A stretch of 55,202 nucleotides of DNA, filler included, from Jimgerdemannia flammicorona (lineage: Eukaryota), in NCBI GenBank assembly GCA_003990765.1. It is 3 parts of 3 records of this genome, joined end to end, with 100 filler letters (N's around TTAATTAATTAA, not from the genome) between each part and the next. Parts side by side here need not be neighbours in the genome. Positions count along the whole stretch, not along the records: positions 36,871 to 55,202 come from RBNJ01002235.1; 2 more parts are not named here. One strand, written 5' to 3'. The notes beneath the pieces are model-generated. The model saw nothing but the letters and a program-made list of their open reading frames with translations, searched no databases and was not told the origin of the DNA. A program made the translations under genes and the position numbers. Shown in pieces: positions 37,907-50,341 of the stretch (the stretch's first letter is position 1; each line of letters starts with the position of its first letter).

Positions 37907-40900
37907 ATGGACGCTCCAAATGAGGTATTTCGAAGGGCACTAGAGGTTCCATTCGTTACGCCACTATTTTCTAAAAATGCTTTCCGATCTCTGCGTGGTT
38001 GCAATATACTATAGACCCCTCCCATGACCGGAACACCCATAACTATCGACGAAGAAAACGGGGTATAGTATTCTGCTCGAATCTTGCGTTGAAACCTATA
38101 TAAAAACATTGCTGATTCCCAAGTCTTTTTCCAGGGATATCGACCGGATCGCCGACTTGCCCACAGTGACGAGCAGGAAGCCACGGACGAGGTATAGCAT
38201 TCTTGTAGTATTAAAAACATAATACATCCGTTCTGTGTTCACGTGTTTTTCTCGTCTTATATACAGAATTAACAGTACTGAACCGAATCCATTTACATTT
38301 TTTCATGCCAAGAAGACCGCGAGCGAGCCGGAGGACGAGGACGGAGACGAGGTATAACAGTATTCTTATTTCTTGTCTAAAAATGAGCGCCACTTTGGGC
38401 CGCGATTTTGTTAACGCGACTGTTTCTCCCATACTACTCATACACTCCCACACTGCGCGTCATACTTTTGACTGCAAGGAGGAAGCGTCGGAGGACGGAG
38501 ACGAGGTATAGTAGTATTCTTGTTTTCGATCGTACCCGTATATAAGAACACGAGGTATAGTATTCTTGTTTTCGAGGGTCTAACTTGACTAAGATGTACA
38601 ATACTTGAAAAACAATCAGGAGAGCGACTCCGTCAAGGAGGAGAGCGACTCAGACCGCCCAGCGGTCCATGACCGAGGACATGGTATGATATTCTGATCA
38701 TACCCGTGCATAAGATCGCCCACACATACGTCACTATTTTCAAATGCTCCCCGACCTCCGCGTGGCTGATGTTATTAGACAAACCCAGCGGTCCATGGCC
38801 AAAAACGACGCATAAGTATTTTAAGAAAAAGTCTTTAGACTGGAACATAATCGATTTTTTGAATTCATGCGGGATCGAACCTTTTGAACGCAAGATCGAA
38901 TGTTATCTTTCGTGTCTCAAGGCAATCTCGAGAAACGGGAAAGGCTGTAGATCCGACAAAGCACAGCAGCTTCTCAATCGATATATGAAGGCGAGTATCG
39001 TACATACATATACCAACCATATGTACCTTTATTCTGGAGATATCCACGGCGTGACAAAACGCTTCGAGCTACTCTGTCATACAAGGCTTCGAGCCGAGCC
39101 GCTTTGGTGTTGGGGCGAAGGTGACCTTCGAGGTTGTCTACGTTCAAGGCTTCGAGCCGACCTGATACCGATCCTGTTACGTAGGTGACCTTTGAGGTTA
39201 CCCACACAATCGCAGGAACGATTTGGAATGTAAATGGTGTTGTATTGTTTGAGAACAATGTTAATCCCCGAACCCTCTAAACTAGAACGATCGGATTGAC
39301 CGCAAACTCAAGAAATTGGGAAAAGTTCCGCAGCCAAAATTCTTCTCCCACAATGTACATACATAATCCAAAATTCGCGGCCAATTCTCAAGCCGGTATT
39401 ATCAATGGTGGGACCTTTTTGAATTTGTCGTCCGGATATCAAGATGAGGTAGGTGTTAGACTTGTTTATGATCATCAGATATGGGGAATTATTTTCAAAC
39501 TGATTTAATGCTTTACACACAAGATAAATAAAAAAAGGAAAAGTCCCAATGGGGAGCAAGACGTTGAAGTCAAGCGGGTTTGCCTAAACAAAGATATTAG
39601 TAATTTGATTTTGATGCCCTTAGTTGAATATTAATTAACTTCACGATTTCTTGAACAGGGTAAATCAGAGCAAGCCAGAAATGATGATGATTCAATCTCC
39701 TCTGATATTGGAGATGAAAATTCGATTGGAGTAAGTGTTTTTAATATTTACATATTTCAGTTATTTTTATCATGTTTCAGATACAGAAAGATTTGAAATT
39801 GTAATGTACATCCTCTTATAGGATTTCCCGCCGAAAAGTACCATGGGCACAGAAAATTTATTATTTACCCCGCATAAGCAGTCAGTAGAAGATGACATGG
39901 TTAAACGGTAAGTAATTGCGCTGTTCATCTTGCATTGTTTGGGTGCGACGCTTGAGGAACTTCTAACACTTTATTTACGTTGTCTCGCAGATTTATAAAC
40001 GATTTGCCATTGATCTGTGCTTTCGGCATGTCATCTGAGCAACTGGAGCTTGCCGTTGGCCCCAAATTGGCGCAACAGACAATTTCTGTGCGGTCTCAGA
40101 ATCCATCATCATGGACGCCAGCCACCGTGAAATATCTGAATGACGTATTCAGTGTAAGTTTTTCCCTGGAATCGTTGTCATGCATGTGTCCAAGTGGACT
40201 AAAAAGTATATTGACGATACAGAAAAACACCGGGCAACATTTCGAGAGCGCGATCCAGAGCTCTATTGACGACGACGACGATGGACATTTTAGGCTCTAC
40301 TGCAAGAAGATCTTGGTAGACTTGTAAGCTCCTACTAGCTTTTTCAACTCTTTCCATTATTGAGGAAGTGTCACTAAACTATTTCTCTCAAAGCTACCAT
40401 CTTGTAGATTGTAACCCAACGATGTCAAGAGACGTTAGTGAACGAAAATTCATCGTATATAATATTGCGTCTCTCTTCAAATTCTATGAGACAACATTTG
40501 GCACGGTGGCATTTGAATGGATCGAAACACATGCGCGCGCTGCCAAGATTTCAAAGTCGGCGACAATTTCTGAGATTATAAAAGTAGATGCTAAAGGCAT
40601 TCGTCTCTCAGATAACGAGGAGATCTGGCATCTTGAGGTGGCTGGCCCACCGTCAAATCCTACAAGTCGTCATAGCATCGGTGACACCAAGAAAATACTC
40701 AGGACCGACATCTTCAAACTAGTATCCATACTTCGTAATCATCTCGATTGTAAAATTGAGCTTGCAACACGGATAAAGGTCTTTAGCAGTCTTGTGATTG
40801 GTAAGTGGCAATTTTGTGCGGTGATCATGGCGGCTAATACTGGCTATTCGGAGATTCTGAACCATTCTCTATTCTCAGATGACCGATTAACGCTTTACGC

Positions 40901-41220
40901 CATGAATATGCTGGAAGATGGGCGCTTCTTTGCCACGGAGCTCGCAACAACCACCATGCCCTTCACTTTTAGCGGTCGCACTAAATACAAAACTGTGCTC
41001 CGGTTGATGGGAATATTTCATGTAGGTGTTGAACGAAAAATGTGTCATCGCTTGATGTTTGAAGTTTCCTAAATACTCGCGTTCCTGTCTTCCCATGCAG
41101 GATGAGCTCATCACGCAAGCAGCAGTTTTAGAGGAAATAGATTGTGAAGTACTGCGGCCCGAAGGGAAAACTGTTCGAGATGTCTTGAGACTGCCGGAAG
41201 AGCTGATGTTGCAAACATGA
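37907..41220 (+). CDS. Multi-exon protein with a C-terminal restriction-endonuclease-like (CR-REase-type) domain; 5' exon structure uncertain
   Basis: N-terminal YFKKKSLDWNIIDFLNSC exon; C-terminal VSERKFIV..FEWIE..IKVDAKGI..WHLEVAGPP..HSIGDTKK; last exon DELITQ..LMLQT* (TGA 41218-41220). Confidence 0.65.
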
Positions 41221-42641
41221 CAGTTACAAATTGATTTTGAGTTTCACACGATCCATCATGGGTGCTTTTAGACAATCTGCATATGGCTACATTACTGTTA
41301 CTGTAAACAGCTATAAATATAATGTTTGAATCAGAGCTACAAGAATACACTTGAACATGCGTTGGGTAGGAATTATTCCGCCTTCCAATGAAGGAGAAGG
41401 CTATACACCAAGTGGGTGAGATTACATAAAGGAGAATTATCCAGACTTTGATATTTCATTGATGATAATCCTACTACAGTTTAAGAACTTGCCAATTTTT
41501 TTCCTAACAAGATATTTGTCATTCCGGATTATGCAATGAATAGAAAATTACAAGGTCAAAACATTCATCGCTTTTCTGTTCAACCAATTGAATTAAAAAA
41601 CGAGGACTTTTCCAAAGCTGCTTATGAAGCAAATCAGAAGATGAAGATCAAAGGAGAAAGAAAACAAGCGTGAAAGCAGAGAGCACTTTTGGCTTGCTTA
41701 CGGCAATTATTTTATGTGGTGGATATTGAATAATTAAAAAGTTGCAGGCAAAGCGAAAATAAATCTTTAAGTCTGAAAATGAGTGACGTTAAATGTTCAC
41801 TTTGTCTGGTTTTGTTGCAGCATGCCCCATATATTAAGTAAAGTAAAATTTGGCCACTTTTAATTTGTTTTGCTACTACTTCTTGTTGATGCTCCCAACC
41901 AACTTCTTATTAGTGCTTCGATTCGGTTACAAAAATCTCCATTCGAATTGATCTGATTCGTTTGGGAGCACTACTTATAATTAATTAGCAGTTCACTGAC
42001 TTTGTTTCTAAAGATGGAAACCTACTTATAATTCAATGTGACAAGTAGCAATAGTAGAAATCATTGGTTTGAAAATTAATACATAGTAAAAGTATAATAT
42101 TATTTTTTTAAATTTTAAGAAACCAGTACTTTGTTTTTCAGATATATTATTCTTTTCATAGCTCTGTCCATTTATATTTAGAAGCTACAGTTTTTTTCCT
42201 ACTACATAAACTCCTTTTGACCACCTTTGACCAGTGTTTATTTTATTTTATTTTATTTTTGTCCATCATACCAACTGATAGAATGTTGAATATTGCCATG
42301 GGTCGAGAAAATGGCTCATTTTTAAAATTCCACTCGTGGTTTTTTGAGTGACTATAATTTTGGCATACCACATTGTGAAACGTGTACAGCACATTTGCAC
42401 CAACGCGACGAAGGCAATTGATTTTCACATAGGGTCAAACTGGATAAATACAAGACATAATACGTTGCAATCAAATTACATTAAACAAAGAGAAATTAAA
42501 TAAGCCGGTAAGCAAGAAAAAAAAAAAAAAAAGATCAAAGTCAAGCCATCGCATCTCATCCCTTACGGCTCTTAGCTTCTATGCTAATCACCATCCGTCC
42601 CCCGCCACATCATCACCTCAAAAAAGCCCCTAAGAGTACGC

Positions 42642-43742
42642 CTATAACGACCTATAGGAACTCCTCAGCTTCGCCAAATATTCCACTGCCTCTGCCTCAT
42701 TATCCTGCACTGATCTCACGACCTGTTCCAATTCTACCAGCCCGATCCCCGTGACGAACCGCTTCGCGACGCCGTACTTCCATAGCGCGCGCGGCTCGAT
42801 TCCGTCATGCTCCAGAGTGTGCACCAATTGCGCCAGCGGCGTGCGCGTGTAGAAATCGTGCGTCGCCTGCTGCAGTGTCGCGACCAGGTCCGCAGAAAGC
42901 GTCACGCCCGCGTCCCTCTCTTCCTCCTTGCAGGCGGCCTCGGCCACGGAGGAGACAATCCATCGGAGCACCGGCTCGCACGTCAGATCGTACCGCATCA
43001 CGCCCTGCGCCATGAGAAGCTTTGTTAAGAGGGCATACCGCGCCGGATAGATTTGAGTTGGGTGCACATAGGGCGGGGCGTACATCGTCCCAGAGATGAG
43101 CCACGAGGGCGTGACGCGTAGGTAGTTAACACGGATATAAGGCGGCGGAGGCGGCGGGATGCCGGTGGCGGCGACACCCGCCGTGGGGGTCGACGACGCA
43201 GAGGGGGCGTTCGGATTCAAACTTGTACCGGGAAGGATGGTGAACGAGAGGATGAACTCGGTATCGCCGATGAGATGAGTGCCGACAACGTTCCAGGGGG
43301 GCGTAGGAATCAGGCGCTCAACGGCCGGATTGTACCTACCATGGAAGAGGTATAGCGGGCTGGTCGCATGCATCGCGGGCAAGTCGTCGGCAGAGGTTCT
43401 GTCGGCGATGAGCCAGTACGAGCAGAGGACCTGCATGGCCCGCGGGAACATGCTGGTCGAGGTGCCGCTGCATACCTGCGTCGTGTCCTCGCCGGCGTTG
43501 GAACGAAACTCGATCACCCCCTCCGCGTCGTCGTAGCTATGCGCATGCAGGACGATCTCCGTGGCGTTCTTCGTATCCAGCCGGACCAACGCCGTGGTGT
43601 CGGTCGCGCGCAAGGTGTGGTAGATCGATTGCTCGGCGCAGTGCTTCCAGTGCGTGTTGACGGCGCGGAGGAGGTACGCGTCGGAGATGGAAAGGCAGGA
43701 GATGATGTGGGTGAGGAGCTCAGGCGGGAAGGTGGAGGCCAT
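42642..43742 (-). CDS. F-box protein, intronless
   Basis: N-terminal FPPELLTHIISCL..LRAVNTHWK F-box pattern; 366-aa GC-rich ORF. Confidence 0.75.
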   Translation of the reverse strand: MASTFPPELLTHIISCLSISDAYLLRAVNTHWKHCAEQSIYHTLRATDTTALVRLDTKNATEIVLHAHSYDDAEGVIEFRSNAGEDTTQVCSGTSTSMFPRAMQVLCSYWLIADRTSADDLPAMHATSPLYLFHGRYNPAVERLIPTPPWNVVGTHLIGDTEFILSFTILPGTSLNPNAPSASSTPTAGVAATGIPPPPPPYIRVNYLRVTPSWLISGTMYAPPYVHPTQIYPARYALLTKLLMAQGVMRYDLTCEPVLRWIVSSVAEAACKEEERDAGVTLSADLVATLQQATHDFYTRTPLAQLVHTLEHDGIEPRALWKYGVAKRFVTGIGLVELEQVVRSVQDNEAEAVEYLAKLRSSYRSL

Positions 43743-44136
43743 GGTTGGGTGCGGGATGGGGAATAAAGGACTGAAGCGAGTGGGCAGTTTCTATAGTAGG
43801 GATGCGCCTCAGCCAGATCACGTGCTGAGCCACACAATCTTGTTTCATCGATATTGGTTGAATATCTTTTTTTTTTTGAATATCTTGTTTCATCGGTATT
43901 GGTTGAATATCTATCCCCTTCCCGACCCACCTGTTTGCTTGATGGTGTAGACCGTGCGTTCACACGTCGAAAAAACCCCATCAAATCGAATCTTTATGGT
44001 ATTGCACAAAGCATTCACGTGAAAGCATACACTCTACAGCGGCTGTGTCATGCTATGACATGGAGATGTCTATAGTTATTCACCCATTATCCCCCAACCT
44101 CCAACTCGCATCTCCCCAACTAATCTTCAGCCCTCC

Positions 44137-44364
44137 CTAAATCTTGAATCCCAAGCTCCGCATGCACTGCTTGTGTGCCTCAATCAGATCCCCACAGTTC
44201 TCCTCCCCCCTCTCCAAGATACACTGGTCGCGCGGTTTCTTGGTCTCGGGACATGCGCAGCACGGCTTGAGTGGCTTGCCGTCCTTGCCCAGCGGGAGCT
44301 GGTTGGCGGTCGAGGCGGTGGTGGTGGTGTTGGTGGGGGCGGAGGCTGTCAGGGCGGGGGCCAT
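44137..44364 (-). CDS. COX17: Mitochondrial copper chaperone Cox17
   Basis: [46 protein letters not shown] (CCxC + twin CX9C); likely start MAPAL at 44364. Confidence 0.96.
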   Translation of the reverse strand: MAPALTASAPTNTTTTASTANQLPLGKDGKPLKPCCACPETKKPRDQCILERGEENCGDLIEAHKQCMRSLGFKI

Positions 44365-45503
44365 GATTGTGGTTTGAGAAGAGACGGTGGTGGAACGGAA
44401 AGATGAGGATCCAATGCTCTCGGATAGGATCACAGTCCGGATGCTGCCGGTTGTCATGAAATTTATTGTGTGCACGTGATTCATTGCTACGAACTCAACG
44501 ACCAAATTGTTCCTCATGTCGGACTTGAACGTCATACAACAGGCCATGACCATGGATAAAATTGTTACCGTCCCGGGTGCCATCTTCCGTATCGACCTGA
44601 CGGAATCTATGGCCGCGGAAGACATTGCCAAGATTATCACCTGGTGCTGACCGAGGCGGAACGGGTTCGTGTAAGAGGGCGTTCAAGAACGCATTCGTAT
44701 GGCTGGTCCCATAGGATGGAGAGGGAGAAGTTCAAGGATGTGAGCTGTCGTTGCGGGTTTGCGGGTTTGTGGGCCGTAAATTAACTGAATTTTGGTTTTT
44801 TATAAGCTAGAATGATAATGACAACAATGCCAGCGGAAGTGAGGCAATGCCAGCGGAAGTGAGGGCCGCCCAACAATGATGGACGCTGTGGATAGACCGA
44901 TCAGGGTAAACTGCAGAAAATGAAGCATTGGAGGTAACTCTCAAAAGAAAAAGAAAAAAAAAACGGCTTGTGCATCCTTCTTTTGGCCCATAAGTTTTCG
45001 GCTTACAACATACACGATATATTTTAACACCGTCCGAGCTAAGAAATCGGGACCCTGCCTTGAACACGACGAAGTCTGACTGCGCACTCTACTGTTTTTG
45101 ATTGAATCTCGGCAGCGAACGGTCGCGCAAGCCAACAATAGGATTGCCTTCGGCCTGTTAAGGATACATGACCATTTTAAAATAATAGGAACTCCGCCAT
45201 GCCATGGCCAACTCACATGTCCATCGTCTATCCCCTTTTCTTTGGGTTTTTTTTTTGATATATCGAGGACCCAATCTCAAAATTAAATACAGAGATCACA
45301 AGGTTCGAAGGTTAACACTGCGAAATCCCACGTTTGGCTCCACGGGCAGGATACTCGATTTAGGAAAATTGACTTCGTATCAGGTTTAAGGATATTAATA
45401 CTCCGGTAGGTTTATCGCAATCCGGCGCGTTTAACTTTTTGGCCATAATTCACACACTCTCTTTCTACTTCATTCAAGGCTCTTCACTTGGAAACCATTC
45501 AAT

Positions 45504-47821
45504 ATGGCCATCATATTTTTCCTCAGGCAATTCGCCCTTCGGCGACACTCGCGCATTCTGCTTTTGGTGGCCATCGCCTGGCTCCTAATCATCAACACAT
45601 CCATCTCGTTTCGACCTCTCGATAACAGACTTTCTTTGGACTTAAGAACTTACATCCTCCCCCCCCATCGCCCCCTTCAAGCCCCAATCCATCCTCTCTC
45701 CCCGACCGCCAATTTCATCACCCCCGCCCACCTCGACACCTGGACATCCGCCGGACTCCTCCCAGTTTTCTTTTCTTCCTTCACGGACCTCCAGCTCGAC
45801 GTCCTCTACACATGGGTGAATGGCTCCGACCAACGACTCCGCAAGCACCGCAGACCGTTTGACCACATCGTCAACAACCTCATGGACTGGAATGCCCCAC
45901 CGATCTGCCACCCAGCCAGCGCCGCGCCGCGCCAACGTACCCAGGAGGTGCCAACGACCAAGGGGATCCGGGCGGAGAAACGATACCGCGACAACGACGA
46001 GCTTCGATATTCCGTCAGAGGCGTTGAGAGGAACGTGCCCTTTGCCAGAAAAATCACCATTGTTTCAGCCGATTTCCCCGTCCCCAGGCACGCCGCCGTG
46101 CGCGAGACGCAGGTCCCGCAATGGCTACTCCCGTCCGCCCTTGATTCGGTCCCCGAGCGGATCCGCATGGTCCACCATTCGACCATCTTCAACAAGCTAC
46201 ATCTGCCCACGTTTAACTCGCTAGCTATCGAGTCGCGCATCGTGGATGTCCCCGACGTGCTGCCGGTGGTCTTGTATCTGAACGACGATACATTTGTGGC
46301 GGCACGGACGACGATCGCAGATTTCTATACCCCGTTGTTCGGACTCGTGGTTCATACCCATTCGGGATTGTGGGTTGAGCCGGTGAGGAGGGGGAGGAAT
46401 CCGCATGAGGGGGGTGAGTGGGCGTCGTTGGAGTGGTCAAACGAGCTGTTGTGTAAGTACTTTCTTCTTCGTTATCGGGAAGGGGTTATGTTAATATTTC
46501 ACTGTGGTCAAATTACCAATGCGGCCCCTAATCACATATCTCTGCATCAGCTGCCCGTTTTGGCCGCCGTCCCCGTGCCTATGTCTCGCACATCCACCAC
46601 ACCCTCTCGCCACCAATCCTCCGCGAACTCCAACTTGAATGGCCGCACGAGCTCGCCCAGACCTCCTCGAATTCGTTCCCCGGCTCCGACTGGGAGGTTC
46701 ACACGCCCTTCCTATTCACGCACTACGTCATCGAACGACACCGTGAGGCCCTACTGCACTCCTACCTCGCCCTGCGCATTGACGCCGACGGTGATGGCCT
46801 GTGGAGCTGGAGTGAGAGGACGGCCGTACTGGGGCTTGTACACAAGTGGCAGAATGGCGGGGAGGGGGTGTTTCGCGCGCCTCCGCGGGAGACAATGAAC
46901 ATGGCGAAGGAGCGGTTGGCGAGAGCCGGAATCGAGGCGGCAACGGCAACGGAATATTTGTGGGCATCGGCGGATGGGTTTGCCTTTTCTAGAAATGCAT
47001 ATGGTGCAGCTGGAAAGGTGATGGCGGAGGGCGATGCGCAATATGAGCCGGAGGTGCATAGGGTCGAGGAAAGGATGTGTAGCATCAATGTGACGCGCTG
47101 TTTCCCGAGCGGGTTTGAGGATCCCCTTGTGTCGGCGGTGCGCGCGGACTGGAGGAAGGTCGCGTTCGAGGACGTCGCGTGCGGTGATTGTCTCGTCATG
47201 ATGCTCGTCGCCGAGAGTGGGCAGGCGGGGTTGGAGGCGTTCTTGCCGCCGAAGGATGATGGCGTTGTCGCGCGGAATGGGAACCGGGTGAAGAAGGATA
47301 AATGGGACCCGATCACCTTGATTCCGAATCGCGATACATCGAGCGACAAACTCGCCTCGTCCTACAAACCAATCTCACCGATATCTCTAGTCTCACCACA
47401 AACACCCTCGTTCCTGAACCCCTTTGCCACCTCCTCGCCCACTACCCCGCGCCAACGCGCCATCGCCCGCATCCACCGCTATAGCTACATGATCGGCCGG
47501 TCTCGCCACACTTTCGTCTCGCTCCAATCTGCCGACGCCGCGCGCGTCGATCTGCAGAATCTCCTGTCCTCGCGGCCTGACGCCGCCGGTTCGGACAAGG
47601 AAGTGACGGCATTTTTCTGCCTCAGCGACGACCTTGACAGCCCCGCCGAGGGAGAGCTGGAGAAAATGCGGGTTTATATAAAAGAATTCCTCGAGGCGTG
47701 GTTTCCCGGACGGTCATCGTATGAGCGATGGGGATCGGACGTTGAGGGTGTGCCTGGGCCCGAAAATACTGGGCTGGGAGAGGGGGAGATGTTGTTGGAA
47801 GAGATAAGGGGAGGGGTGTGA
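45504..47821 (+). CDS. Stealth-family sugar-phosphotransferase (Xpt1 xylosylphosphotransferase/GNPTAB-like), one intron 46453-46550
   Basis: Type II TM anchor; DVLYTWVNGSD, RYRDNDELRYSVR, LPTFNSLAIES, LYLNDDTF, YVSHIHH, EF-hand-like DADGDGLWSWSE, FFCLSDD. Confidence 0.9.
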
Positions 47822-48714
47822 AAGTGGAATGGGGAAACTTTTGGTTGGGGAAAGGTGGTAGAGAGAATAGAATTGATAATAGGTTGTGATTATTGCGGGC
47901 CAAAAATAACCAGAGACTCTACAATAGCTATGTAATCTTATTTTTCTTTCTTTTCGATCAATTGGAAACAAACTATAATAAAGAACTCACATAGAACTTG
48001 AAAAATAAACATAACGTCCGCAGCAATAACACCCTTTTCTATCTTTCGTGCAATATATGAGAGCGGAATCTTTTATTATGTGTCAAGGCATGCTCTTCCA
48101 TCTGTAAACAAGGTGTTCAACGTCGCCCATGTCTATATGTATGAAAACACTTTCTACCACAATATTCAGCACTTTATCCTATATGAATAAGAGTATCAAA
48201 GCCAAATGATTCGAATTTTTTTTGGGGGGGTGACGAACTCAGCGATCCGCAGCGGCCTTGTGCGACAAACAATTGCGCATTGTCCCCATTTTATTCTGTT
48301 GATCGTCCACGTGTGGACGCGGACGCTGCACCCACACAAAATCGGGCTCCTGCGCGAGGTCCAACACCTCGTGCTCCCGATTGCCATTTCGAAATTCTGA
48401 CCTCGTCGCTTTCTGTGCAACATTCCAGGCCCAAATGTAAGTTTCCCCATACAATTCATTTCGCATATACATTATCTGCAGACATGCAATGAAGCGCCGC
48501 TCGTTTCTTTTGCAATTTGATGCATGTAGCAATTCGCAATTTTATATTTTCGCAATTGATGATTACATCATAAAGGAAAAAGCATTGCCAAATGTCCGAA
48601 GAAACTGAGCATATGATCTTTAATATCAGATAAAAGAACCAACTCGGCCATGGCACATCAAGTTACCACTGCAACCCTTACTACATCTCGCAATCTCAGC
48701 TACCATTGCAATCC

Positions 48715-49902
48715 TTACTGCGTTTTGCATTCCACCACGGACTTCCTAGCCCCCTTCTGCGGAATGGGCTCCCTACAAATTGGACACGTCGCCTCTTTCC
48801 CCATTTTCCTCTCCCACCGCCCAATGCAATCGCCATGAAACACATGACCGCACGCGAGCCTCTTCCGTGCCTTTTCCGACATGTCTCCAAAACAGATGAC
48901 GCACTCGGTTTCAGCCGGCGAGACTTCCCCGTATGGCTTGACAAAGATCTTGAGGCGCGCCCAGAATGCGGTCCCACTCTTCTTCGGTGCAAAGGCATGG
49001 TACGCATTATCGGCTTTCTGCCATGCCTGGTACTCAAACACGCGCGGGGGTGCATCGGCGCTCGTACGACACATCCCGACAAACTTCCACCAACACTTGA
49101 CGAACCCGCACGTGACGGGCTGAACCCAGCTGGCACAGGCGGGGCACTTGGATTCCTGCAAGTCGAGCCATGCGTCCCAGTGGTTGCGGTTCCAGGGAAT
49201 AACGACTCGTTGTGCATAGGCTTTGCAATTTGGGTTTCGACAATCGCCCTCGAAATTGAGTCCATGGGAGGCTGTGCGCCAGTTCGGAGCGTGCTCGTTG
49301 AAGTCGAAGCGTTGGAGGGCGTTCGGGTTTGAGAGGTCGGCGAATTGAATGCCGTTCGCGGTGAGGCCGGTGGAGATTTCTGAACCCAGGGTTGCGCGGC
49401 CGCCGAGGACCGGATAGACTGCGTCGAGAATGGAGAGTTGCGGGGAGATATTGAGGCGGGCGATGCAGTCGGCGATGGTCATGCTGTTTGCGAGTTCCTT
49501 GCTGCCGAAGAGGAGGCGGACGGAGCGGTGGATGCTTTCGAGGTTCAGGAGGCGGAGTTTGAGGTCGTCGACGGTGTCGGTGGGAGCGACGGGGACGGAT
49601 TTGGGGATCGGGTCGGTGGTGCGGATGCGGAGGGTGAGATTTGGGTCGGGCTTGGGGAGCTTTTTGACAAACCAAGAGGAGTTGTGGAGGGCCAGAGAGT
49701 CGAGGGTGGTGAGATCCTCGAAGGAGGTCAGAATGCGGTCGTCGTGCCAGATGAGGATGGTAGAAGCAGTTTCGTTGCCGACGAGACCATGTTGGTCGGC
49801 GATTTGGCGGCGGAGCCAGCCGAGGGTCTCCTCGCCGTGGGTATAATTGACCTTGACGGGTTGAGTCGGAGAGTCAACGTCGATGAGCTCAATGAAGGGC
49901 AT
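48715..49902 (-). CDS. Ubiquitin-like domain(s) + Cys-rich uncharacterised domain + RING-H2 (putative E3 ligase), intronless
   Basis: VAPTDTVDDLK..RLLFGSKEL..TIAD..VLGG (Ubl); FADLS..APNWR..GLNFEGDC.NPNC..CPAC..TCGF..C.W; CVIC..CGHVFHGDC..W..CPICR. Confidence 0.8.
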   Translation of the reverse strand: MPFIELIDVDSPTQPVKVNYTHGEETLGWLRRQIADQHGLVGNETASTILIWHDDRILTSFEDLTTLDSLALHNSSWFVKKLPKPDPNLTLRIRTTDPIPKSVPVAPTDTVDDLKLRLLNLESIHRSVRLLFGSKELANSMTIADCIARLNISPQLSILDAVYPVLGGRATLGSEISTGLTANGIQFADLSNPNALQRFDFNEHAPNWRTASHGLNFEGDCRNPNCKAYAQRVVIPWNRNHWDAWLDLQESKCPACASWVQPVTCGFVKCWWKFVGMCRTSADAPPRVFEYQAWQKADNAYHAFAPKKSGTAFWARLKIFVKPYGEVSPAETECVICFGDMSEKARKRLACGHVFHGDCIGRWERKMGKEATCPICREPIPQKGARKSVVECKTQ

Positions 49903-50341
49903 AATTGATGGTATGTTTTATTATTATTATTATTATTATTTGGGAGAGGGGTTGGCTGAGAGGAGAGGTGTAGAAATAAAGGACGACGGCTCAGAAGTTT
50001 GGCCAATTATGGAAATGGCGTCATGAATAAATCACAGGAAATGTTTCAGGCAGTGGCGGCAGGTAATTATTTGAAATGTCGTAACTCATACATCAACAGA
50101 ACCTACCCATCCGCCAACAAGTTTGCCTAGCCGAAAGCAGACAACGCCCAATACCAACGTAGGCCATTACTTCCGCTCGTCATAACACGTCAACTGGGCC
50201 CTACTTTCATAATACACGATAAAGAACATGAATGTATACGTTAAAAAGTGCCCGAAACCTAGCAAAGCTTCGGGTATATATGTCAAATGAGAAATATGTA
50301 CATGTGCAAAGCCACGATAAAATATCTCCCGGACCCCTCCC

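Noticed and set aside
10165..44364. Copper gene cluster (multicopper protein + COX17)
   Set aside because: The genes are on different contigs separated by two artificial linkers
44365..44640. N-terminally extended 167-aa Cox17
   Set aside because: The ORF track starts at a non-ATG codon; MAPAL at 44364 gives a normal-size Cox17 in a good start context
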